Of a stretch of 64,000 nucleotides of DNA, positions 19,361-28,200 are shown in pieces (the first letter of the stretch is position 1; each line of letters starts with the position of its first letter). The notes below the pieces were generated by a model. That model ran no database searches. It was given only the letters and a program-made list of their open reading frames with translations, and had not been told where the DNA came from. This DNA comes from Stratiformator vulcanicus (GTDB lineage: Bacteria; Planctomycetota; Planctomycetia; Planctomycetales; Planctomycetaceae): positions 3,676,088 to 3,740,087 of the forward strand of contig NZ_CP036268.1 of NCBI RefSeq assembly GCF_007744515.1, read 5' to 3'. The translations under genes and the position numbers were made by a program.

Positions 19361-19601
19361 TTATATTTTTGGGCCTATAGTCGGCGGGGTGGCTGGGGAC
19401 GGTCTCGCAGAGCCGCCCCCAGTGAGCGCGGGGTGAAGTTGGCATTGCTTGTTGATCTTAACCACTGGAGGCAGGCGGTCGGCTTGTTCCAGTTAACTCC
19501 ACGACAAGATCGAAGCCGCAATCTCAGACGCGCCCGTCCTCAGCCACCCGCCGCCAACCCAAAGGAGTGAAACAGTAGGGTTTTTGTTCGGCTTGGAGAA
19601 A

Positions 19602-19868
19602 TTACCAATCGTTCCGTTCGGTCACACGGTAGATATAGTCGTTAATTGCATCATTTACGTCGGTATGACATTTTTCGTCAACAATCGAATCATCATTATC
19701 CAACGTGCCAACGCACCATTCGCCTCCCTCAAGCGACCGTATAAACGTTGTTCCTGATGACTCAACGCGAACCAATTGTCCGGATTCAGACAATATCCAA
19801 CGTAAGGATTCGCGGAATTTCTGTGATGGCATTGAGTTTTGAAAAGGCGGGTAAATAGTGTTTGTCAA
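19602..19868 (-). CDS. hypothetical protein (lower-GC gene)
   Basis: 88-aa ORF in the lowest-GC part of the window. Confidence 0.35.
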   Translation of the reverse strand: MTNTIYPPFQNSMPSQKFRESLRWILSESGQLVRVESSGTTFIRSLEGGEWCVGTLDNDDSIVDEKCHTDVNDAINDYIYRVTERNDW

Positions 19869-20300
19869 AAATCATCTTGAATAACGTGCACATGTTATCG
19901 TTTACGAAAATCGCCGAGATCGGCCTGGCTCCGCACGCCGCGCCCTCTGCGCTTAAGTATATGTGTGTCGGCCATTACCGTCCGAACATCGCTGCGGCCA
20001 AAGAGTTACCGCACTGGTTCGGATGCGGTAGCCGTCTTCCCCGAAGTTAGCGGCGAATCCTCCGACAGTCCGGTCCATGTTTAAGTGTGAACCTCTACCG
20101 CCCACGATGTCAATCAATTCGTACAGTGAAAATCGAGCGGCATCAAAACAGATAGCGTGATCGTCGGGCTTGGTCGTCCTTCAACGCCACGCCTGCCTCT
20201 ACTTGGCCCGTCAGCCGATTTTCAACGCGAAGACGTTCGGTGGCAGACGGATTGGGCTTATTGCCTACAATCCTCCACCCAACCCACCCGGAGGACATCG

Positions 20301-20480
20301 ATGTTCGGACTATTCAAAACCGACCCCATCGCCAAGCTTCGCAAGGAGTACATGCGCAAGATGGAGGAGGCCCGTGATATTCAGCGCAATGGTGACGTCG
20401 TGAAGGCGTCGCAGCTCACCGCCGAGGCCGAGGAGATCGGGCGGCGAATTGATGAGTTGGAGGCGCAAGCGAAGTCGTGA
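20301..20480 (+). CDS. Lacal_2735 family small protein
   Basis: MFGLFKTDPIAKLRKEYMRKMEEARDIQRNGD... matches the conserved MFGLFKKK..KL.K.Y..L..EA start of Lacal_2735 family proteins; ggagga SD 7 nt upstream of the ATG at 20301. Confidence 0.6.
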   Translation: MFGLFKTDPIAKLRKEYMRKMEEARDIQRNGDVVKASQLTAEAEEIGRRIDELEAQAKS

Positions 20481-20540
20481 GCGCAAAAGGAAGCCCACGG
20501 ACTGCCCCCCCGTGGGCTTTGAGGGCATTCAAAATGCCCT

Positions 20541-21140
20541 TTAATTCTCGTCGAGGTTGACGTTCCAGTACGCCTCGCTGAGGAATCGGTCCCAGCTTTC
20601 GATACGGACATTCTTCGCCGAGTAAACCGGGTTCCAGGAAGGCTGCTTGGGGCCGCTCTTGAGCGGCATGTGGGCTTCCTTCGGGGTCCGATCCGCCTTG
20701 CGATGATTGCACCGCACGCAGGCCAAGACGCAGTTCTGCCACGAAGTGTGGCCGCCCCGCGATTTCGGCAAGACGTGGTCGATCGTCAATTCGCTGGTTC
20801 CCGGCGTCGATCCGCAGTACTGACAGGTGAACTCGTCCCGCCGGAACAGGTTCCGCCGCGTGAACGGCACCGTCCGCCGATGCATCTTGTCGTACTTCGT
20901 GAGCGAGATCACCTCCGGGACTTTGATCTCGAAGCGGACCGTCCTGACGACGGGCTCGTCGCTTTCGGGCCGCAGGCGCGTCCAGTCATCCCAGGTGTAA
21001 AGCTGGAAGTCGCGTGGATCGACGACCCGGGCCGTGTCGTTCCACAACATAACCAGCGACCGGGCGACACTGGCAACGCCGACAGGCTGCCAGTTCCGGT
21101 TCAGGACCAGTGTGGGTTGTTTTAATACCGCAGTCGCCAT
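20541..21140 (-). CDS. HNH endonuclease
   Basis: CQYCGSTPGTSELTIDHVLPKSRGGHTSWQNCVLACVRCNHRKADR is a complete HNH motif with zinc-binding cysteines. Confidence 0.85.
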   Translation of the reverse strand: MATAVLKQPTLVLNRNWQPVGVASVARSLVMLWNDTARVVDPRDFQLYTWDDWTRLRPESDEPVVRTVRFEIKVPEVISLTKYDKMHRRTVPFTRRNLFRRDEFTCQYCGSTPGTSELTIDHVLPKSRGGHTSWQNCVLACVRCNHRKADRTPKEAHMPLKSGPKQPSWNPVYSAKNVRIESWDRFLSEAYWNVNLDEN

Positions 21141-21642
21141 CGTGACGGAAACTCCGTGCGATCGAGGACAGGGGGCCGGCTGATTCTTCCGCTGAAGAAT
21201 TCTAGCGCCGAGTCAAAGCGAAGACGAATAAGGAATTCGCGAACCCGCGGAAGCCACGCCCCTTCGGCGTCGTCCTCCGTTGCGGCCCGACTAGTCGTCG
21301 TGCCGCTGCTTGTCGTCCCGCTCTGTGACGGTGTGGACCGTGTTGGTGCGGTTTGGGTTCGCAAACCAATGCCTTTGGGAGCGAACGGCTGACATCGGCC
21401 AGTTGGCGAAGTCAATTCGAACGCGGGGCGGTGGGTTGCACGGGGAGCGTCGGTTGCCCCCGTGGCTCGTTCAAAAAACGATACCCCGCCCGCAACCTCG
21501 ACGCAACATCCGCAACCGGTCTGAGTCCGACCCTCACACGATATTCATCTTTGTTCGTGACCAGATCAGGGCAAGTTCTGACCGATCGTGACCGAAGCTG
21601 TCTAAAGATCAGATACCACGCGCGCGATGCGAGGCAAGTTTT

Positions 21643-24600
21643 TTGGCCCGTCGACCAAAACGCGACCGCTCTGAAAATTCGCCCGAAGACACAGCGAACA
21701 AGAGCGAGCCGCCAAAAAAAACCAAGAAGCCACCAATTCGGAAATCCGATGCGGTTTCTGACTCTCCCGAAGGCGAGTCGGTGCCCAGTCGGAGCCGATT
21801 TGCTTGGTTGGGCCCGGCCTTTCTGATCGTGCTTGCCGGAGGAATTTGGTTCGCGCCGGAAATCGTCGCCCGCACCGCGCTGCGCGAAGCAGTGCTGGAG
21901 CGAATCTTTCCCGCCGAGGTGCGAAGCCGATTGCAAATCGGAAATGTCTCGGCGGGCTGGCTCAATGGAATTCGAGCCGACCGCGTTCGGCTGCGTGGAT
22001 CTGCTGATCTTGACGTTTTCCGGGCCGAGACGATTGAACTGCGGCAGCCGCTCTGGAAGTTGATTCTCGACCCGACCGACATCGGAACCGTTGCACTATT
22101 CGATCCGGTCGTAACCAGCGCGATCCGTCCCGGCGGAAGCGAATTAGAGGACGCATTGGCGCCTCTGCTGGAAGGGGAAGGGGGGACGATTCCGGCCGGT
22201 CGTGTGATCGTCGAAAACGGAACGATCTCGTTGACGTCACGACTCGGGACCCGCGTCACGCAATTGGACGCCATTGACGCCGATTTCACTTGGCCGCGCG
22301 GCGTCTTCGATCCGACGCGACTCAGCGCGTCGGCGCGAGTTTCCGACGGCGAACAACATGGCCAACTTAAGATCACATTTCAAGATTCCGAACAGCCGGT
22401 TGACACCGCTCAAGATGAATTCCAATTAGTCGGTTCTACCAACGTGACAGCGCGGGCGGCACAATTCTCGGCAGAAGACATTCCGCTGGCAGCCGCTTTG
22501 CCAGCGTTCGATCGGCTTGGAATTGACGGTGAGTTGTTTGGCACGCTCGACGGGCGGCTCAGCGGTGCGGCGGTCCCCGCAACAGAGAACACAGCGGCTC
22601 AATTGTCGGTCGAAGGACAGATCGACGTTTCACGTTTGATCGCCAGAGGCGGCCCGCTGGCTGAAGGAGACCGACTGACCCTCAGCAAATGCCGACTACT
22701 CGGCGAATTAACCGCAAAAAATGGGCGGCTTCACTTCCGAGACGTCGCTCTCGAAAGTGATATCGCCAAATGCGAAATCGACGGCACGCAACAACTCCCG
22801 AACCTTGATCCGCAAAATCTCTTAAGAGACCTGCTCGCCAACGCGCCGAATCAGGACTTCAATTGGTCCGGGTCGATCGATTTGGCACGAACCTCCGATA
22901 TGCTTGGTCGGACACTTCGCCTGAAAGAATCACTCGATTCCGGATCAGTCCGATTCAATTACAGTTCTGAAGAAACTACGAACGGTCGCGAATGGTCGAC
23001 ACGATTGAATGTAACCGACTTGGTCTCACAAAACGGGACTCGCTGGCAAAAGCCATTTGAACTAATCGCCGATGCAAGTTCGACAAATGGGCGATTCTTA
23101 ATCGACCGGCTGGTTTGCCGTTCCGCTTTTCTTAACGCCGATGGTTCAGGATCGGAATCTGGCGCGACGATTAAGATGGATTGCGACCTGGATCGACTAC
23201 GTTCAGAGCTCGAACGATTCGTCAGCTTCGGCGACAACCAATTGTCAGGGGTCATCGCAGCGGACCTCGGATTCGAACGCTCTTCTGACAAAGGCGTGAC
23301 GACGGTGGCCGCCAACGGCATCGGCCGTAACCTGAAACTGGTTTGGGGCGACTTATCGCTTGCCGAGCCGCGGATCGGTTTCGATACAAAGTTCAGCGGT
23401 TATCCCGAAGGGCAGAGCTTTGACACTATCGAGTCGCTGACCTGTCGCCTCGAAGCATCCGGAGATGAACTTGACCTGACTCTTCTGTCGCCCCTGACAT
23501 TAACAGACCGAAATGCCCCGCAGTCATTTCAGTTGAAACTGTCCGGAAATCTTGCCCGCTGGCACGATCGGGCTAAACCCTGGATGCCGGACGATTCCCT
23601 AAAGGTAAAAGGAACGGGAGAGCTCACTTCAGAGCTTCGCATTACGCCAACGGAATTGTCCTTGATCGAAGCGAAGCTGAATGCGAATGATTTTGCTCTT
23701 GATACGCCCCAACTCGCCATCCGTGATCGCCGTGTTGAAGTAGAGACATCGGCCGTCATCGATCGCCTCACGGGTCGGATTAGAGCCCCGGAAACCGTGT
23801 GGATCAGCAGTTCCCTGTCCGCACGAATTAAGAACTTCGAGTATGTCCCTGAGCCGAATGGCGCGCGGGTTGTTGCAGTCGCTTTATTTCGCGGCTCCGT
23901 CGGGCGCGTCGGCCAATGGTTCTATACAGCCTCGAAATCACCTCCCTATTGGATTTCCGGCGTTGGGGAAGGGCGAGTCGCGCTCGAACATGATACGTCG
24001 GGCCCCGCAATGCAGTGGCAGATGAATGTCGAGAACCCGGTCGTCTCTCGCCTCGCTCAAACCGCGTCGGCTATGCCTGCCGGCAACTGGGAAACCGTAT
24101 GGAGCGGTCGCCTCGCACAGTTACGTGGGACCGCGAAACTCGTATCGCAAGTCGATTCCGCGGAGCTAATTGACTGTAGCATCGAATTGCCGGAGGGGGC
24201 GGCGACGTTCAACGGCATAATTAACGAAGTGTCGGGCAGAGCAATCGCCGACATCTCAGGTCAAGTTAAGTTGGACACTGCGACGCTCGGCCCGGCGCTC
24301 TCAAAGATTGTCGGCGGAGAAGTCGCTTTCGTTGGCAGGACCAATAAGCCCTTCTTTATCCGCGGACCGTTGGTTCCACCGGCCGATGCGCTTGTCTCCC
24401 CAGAATTGCAGGCCGAAGCCGGTTTAAGTTGGTCGAGCGGACGATTCTATGGTTTGGAAGCCGGGCCCGCCGAACTCGATGTGATATTAAAAGACGGCAC
24501 GGCATCGATCACGCCGTTCGAAATGCGTTTGAGTCAGGGAAAACTTCTCGGCCGCGGTGATATCGACCTCAAGTCGTCTCAGCCGGTGCTGTCGATGACG

Positions 24601-25272
24601 CCCGGCCCTCTTGTCGAACGGATGAAAATCACACGCCAGGTCGCCAACGGCTGGCTTAAATATATCGCCCCGCTCGTCGCCGACGCGGCAGAATTGAACG
24701 GCAGCTTTTCCCTCGCGTTGGCGGAGGCACAATTACCGCTGAACAATATTTCTTCCGGGCGTGCCGCCGGTACGATTGAAGTGCATTCCGGAACCGTCAC
24801 GCAGGGAGGCCTGGCGACTTCGCTCTCAAACACCGTTCGCGATGTCAGCCGAATCCTATCGGTCGGCCGGATAAAAGCCGAGCCGCTTCCCCCCCTGAAG
24901 CTGCCCCCGCAAAAGGTCGTTTTCCGCCTGGCAAACGGTGCCGTCACGCATGACCGATTTATCGTGCGGGCCGGTGACAATCTCACCATCCAGACGAGAG
25001 GAACCGTAACAACTGATGGCCGCCTCGACATCGTCGCGTCGGTTCCCGTTCAGGACCGCTGGGTGAAAGACGACGGCCCCTCCGCCGCACTCAAAGGTCA
25101 AACGGTCTCGGTCCCACTTCGTGGTTCATTCTCCCAACCGAGGGTCGAGCCGACGTTTCTGAATAATCTAATGCAACAGGTCGGCGCTCAGAAACTCCAA
25201 GAGTCGATCGGACGCGGACTCGACGGCGTGGGCGACGGAATTAACCGTGCCCTCGACGGGCTGTTTGATTAA
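21643..25272 (+). CDS. AsmA/TamB-like giant membrane-anchored protein (tentative)
   Basis: 1209 aa; basic N-terminus then a single TM (FAWLGPAFLIVLAGGIWFAP); long beta-rich body typical of AsmA-like proteins; family assignment by architecture only. Confidence 0.45.
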   Translation: MARRPKRDRSENSPEDTANKSEPPKKTKKPPIRKSDAVSDSPEGESVPSRSRFAWLGPAFLIVLAGGIWFAPEIVARTALREAVLERIFPAEVRSRLQIGNVSAGWLNGIRADRVRLRGSADLDVFRAETIELRQPLWKLILDPTDIGTVALFDPVVTSAIRPGGSELEDALAPLLEGEGGTIPAGRVIVENGTISLTSRLGTRVTQLDAIDADFTWPRGVFDPTRLSASARVSDGEQHGQLKITFQDSEQPVDTAQDEFQLVGSTNVTARAAQFSAEDIPLAAALPAFDRLGIDGELFGTLDGRLSGAAVPATENTAAQLSVEGQIDVSRLIARGGPLAEGDRLTLSKCRLLGELTAKNGRLHFRDVALESDIAKCEIDGTQQLPNLDPQNLLRDLLANAPNQDFNWSGSIDLARTSDMLGRTLRLKESLDSGSVRFNYSSEETTNGREWSTRLNVTDLVSQNGTRWQKPFELIADASSTNGRFLIDRLVCRSAFLNADGSGSESGATIKMDCDLDRLRSELERFVSFGDNQLSGVIAADLGFERSSDKGVTTVAANGIGRNLKLVWGDLSLAEPRIGFDTKFSGYPEGQSFDTIESLTCRLEASGDELDLTLLSPLTLTDRNAPQSFQLKLSGNLARWHDRAKPWMPDDSLKVKGTGELTSELRITPTELSLIEAKLNANDFALDTPQLAIRDRRVEVETSAVIDRLTGRIRAPETVWISSSLSARIKNFEYVPEPNGARVVAVALFRGSVGRVGQWFYTASKSPPYWISGVGEGRVALEHDTSGPAMQWQMNVENPVVSRLAQTASAMPAGNWETVWSGRLAQLRGTAKLVSQVDSAELIDCSIELPEGAATFNGIINEVSGRAIADISGQVKLDTATLGPALSKIVGGEVAFVGRTNKPFFIRGPLVPPADALVSPELQAEAGLSWSSGRFYGLEAGPAELDVILKDGTASITPFEMRLSQGKLLGRGDIDLKSSQPVLSMTPGPLVERMKITRQVANGWLKYIAPLVADAAELNGSFSLALAEAQLPLNNISSGRAAGTIEVHSGTVTQGGLATSLSNTVRDVSRILSVGRIKAEPLPPLKLPPQKVVFRLANGAVTHDRFIVRAGDNLTIQTRGTVTTDGRLDIVASVPVQDRWVKDDGPSAALKGQTVSVPLRGSFSQPRVEPTFLNNLMQQVGAQKLQESIGRGLDGVGDGINRALDGLFD

Positions 25273-28200
25273 GCTTCGGAGGATTCATCGGGACTGCTCG
25301 CCCCTCTCGACCGCCGTTTCTTGCGCCGCGCCGTCTTTAACCGCCCGAGCAGCCGCTCATAATCTTTCAAACATTCCCGCAGGCCATTTTCGAGATCCTT
25401 GAGTTCGCGTCGCTCGGAGAGCGACATCTCCATCAACGGCTTCATCCAGTTTTCCATGAGCCGAAATTGCTCCACGAGCACATTTAACAGCGTCGGCGGA
25501 ATCTTATTCACAACGGTGATTGATCCACTCGGTGCATCGTCGGCATTGTCCACGACGGACGCCGGCCCCGCCATCGGCTTGGGTGGAGCTGATTTCTCGT
25601 CTTCATCATCCGCTTCAACATCCTCGGGCACGGCCGTCGCAACCGCGGCATTTGCAATCGACTCCCGCACCAGTCGAATTTCATCCCGCAGCAGTTGCAT
25701 CAACTCTTCATTATTGCCGTTTTGCGTAGGGACGGTCGCCGGAGCCGAACTCGCGGTCTTTTCCATCACAGATCCGAACGTTTCGCCGACGGACCGAATC
25801 GAACCGTGCAACTGTTCAAGATGCGGCGTGATTCTGGCGTCCCAATCGACCGTCGCGTCCACATCCTCCGGCTTCGCGAGAAGGGCCGCTCCTTCGCCCA
25901 CCGCCTTTTCTATCTCCCTTAATCCGTCGCCAAGCAACGTCAACTGAGCGATGACCTGTCCCGCGCTGTCGGAGGGATCGACTCCTCGAAGTTTCACATT
26001 TTCTTTAAATGTCCGCTTGATGTCTTCCCACCGCTGCCGCTCGTCGATTGTCAGCCAACCCATCAACTCTTTAAACTTCAGAAGGTTCGCCTCGGTCCCG
26101 GAGGTCAATGTTTGCGCATCGTTTTGATAATTACTTAGGATTAATGTTTTCATTTCTTCATCGTTCATGACCGCCGCGATCTTTTCAGCGATGCGGTTCA
26201 TATTGCGATAGGAACCCTGCAGCAGGAAAGGAGGCTCCGTCCGATAGTCATCCGCCTGCGCAGCCGATCTGATATATTCCTGATTGACCTTGAGCACGAC
26301 GTCACGCACGCGAAGCAGTTTTCGCATCACGCCAACATATTCGTTAAGTTCGGAAGGCGAGAAGTTTCCTTCGAATTCAACGCCGTCAGCATTTCCGCGG
26401 TCGGCCACCCGCATGATGCCGTAGATGTCCTTTCGAGACGCCGTCGCTAGCGGAGCAAGGGTAGGATTCGATGTCAGTGAGTTCTCAATATAACTTGACT
26501 CAAAAGCGTCGCCGTTGTCACCGATAATTTCGCCGAGGTTATAGATATCGGCCCGGTTGGCGAGCATGTCGGGAATCTTGAATTGCTCACCACTCTCCGT
26601 GTAGGGATTGCCCGCCATGACAACGGCGACCTTCTTGCCGCGAAAATCGTACTGTCGGCTCTCGCCCTTCCACACGCCTTCAATTTTTCGCTGAGCGTCG
26701 CACAAGCTGATGAATTTCTGGAGAAACTCCGGGTGACAATGCTGAATGTCGTCAAGGTAAATTAAGATATTGTCGCCCATCTCGAATGCGAGGTTGAGTT
26801 TCTCCAGTTCCTCGCGTGCTGCGGCATTGTTTGCCGACATCGGGTCGATTGCGGTCACGCTATGGCCGAGTGCCGGGCCATTAATCTTCATGAAGATGAT
26901 GCCAAGCCGATTGGCGACGTACTCCATTAAGGTCGTCTTGCCATAGCCCGGGGGCGAGACAAGCAGCAGCAACCCCATGCGGTCGGTCCGCGTGTCGTCT
27001 CCAGCCGTGCCGATCTGTTTGGCGAAGTTGTCGCCGATCAGCGGCAGATATACTTCGTCCAGCAGCCGGTTCCGCACGAAAGACGTCAACACACGCGGCC
27101 GGAATTCTTCCAACCTGAGATCATCCCGGTAGGCGTCTACCAAATCCTTCTTTTGCTCACCGAATGAGCGAAACAGCGGGGCGACAACATTGGAATGCTG
27201 CTCAAGTCGCCGCACGAAGTTATTATAGTGAAATTGATACTCGCCGCTTTCGATTAATTGATGAGAACCGACCAGCCCTTTGACCGTCGCGGCAGGATCA
27301 GCATTAATCACACGATCGGCGATGCTCCCCGGCGCGCCTGAATTTAAGAGGAGCAGGGCGGCTTCTTCAACAAACTCAAGTCGCTCGTCTTCTTGAAGAG
27401 CGAACGCCTCGACCCAATCGAGCGTTAGTCGATAGAGGTCAGCAACTGACTTCTTCAGCGGATCTGTCGACGCACGGAACTCGTCTTCGGTCCCCCGATG
27501 TCTGAGGGACGCCTTAAAGTGTTCTGCCAGTGTTTCGGCTCCAGCCGCGATTGCAAACGGTCGCCCCGCGGCAAGCACGTCGACAAGGTAATCGATCGCT
27601 TCACTGCGATCGTGGCCTTCAATCGCGAGAAATTCTTCCAATTCTGACAGCGCCAACGCCGTATCAAACACCTCCCGCACAGTGTCGCGATAGGCGTTCT
27701 GTTTACGGGATGCGCTGAAGGCTCGATCGACCGTTCCGACGCCCTTTAACTGGGCTTCGGCGCGCAACCGGTCCCGCTTCGGAACGAAGAACTCCCAGAC
27801 GAGTTCAGCCACGGTTCTGCTTCGACTGCGGTACCTCAAAAGGTCAAGGTGCCGCGCTGTTTTGAAAAACGTCTCAAGAACCAGCGCCGCGTCTTTGTCA
27901 TGCACGCCTTTTTGATAACCCTCGCTGTAACGCGGCGCCATAAACTTCGCGACACGCTCCACGCGGTCTTCGTGCGTTTCGTCGAGCACCCTACGCACGG
28001 CGTCCTCGCCCTCGGCGGTTAACTCACCCGCCATCAAATACGCGAGGAATTCCGCTCGATAGACGGTTTTCGTTTCAGAGACGGTGTCCTGCCCCCACAC
28101 GTCACGGGTTTTGAGAAAGTCTTCATCATCAATCGGTTCAAAAAAGCCTGTCCCAGTCAGATGCAATTGCATCTGATCGTCTTTCGGAACGATCGTCAAA

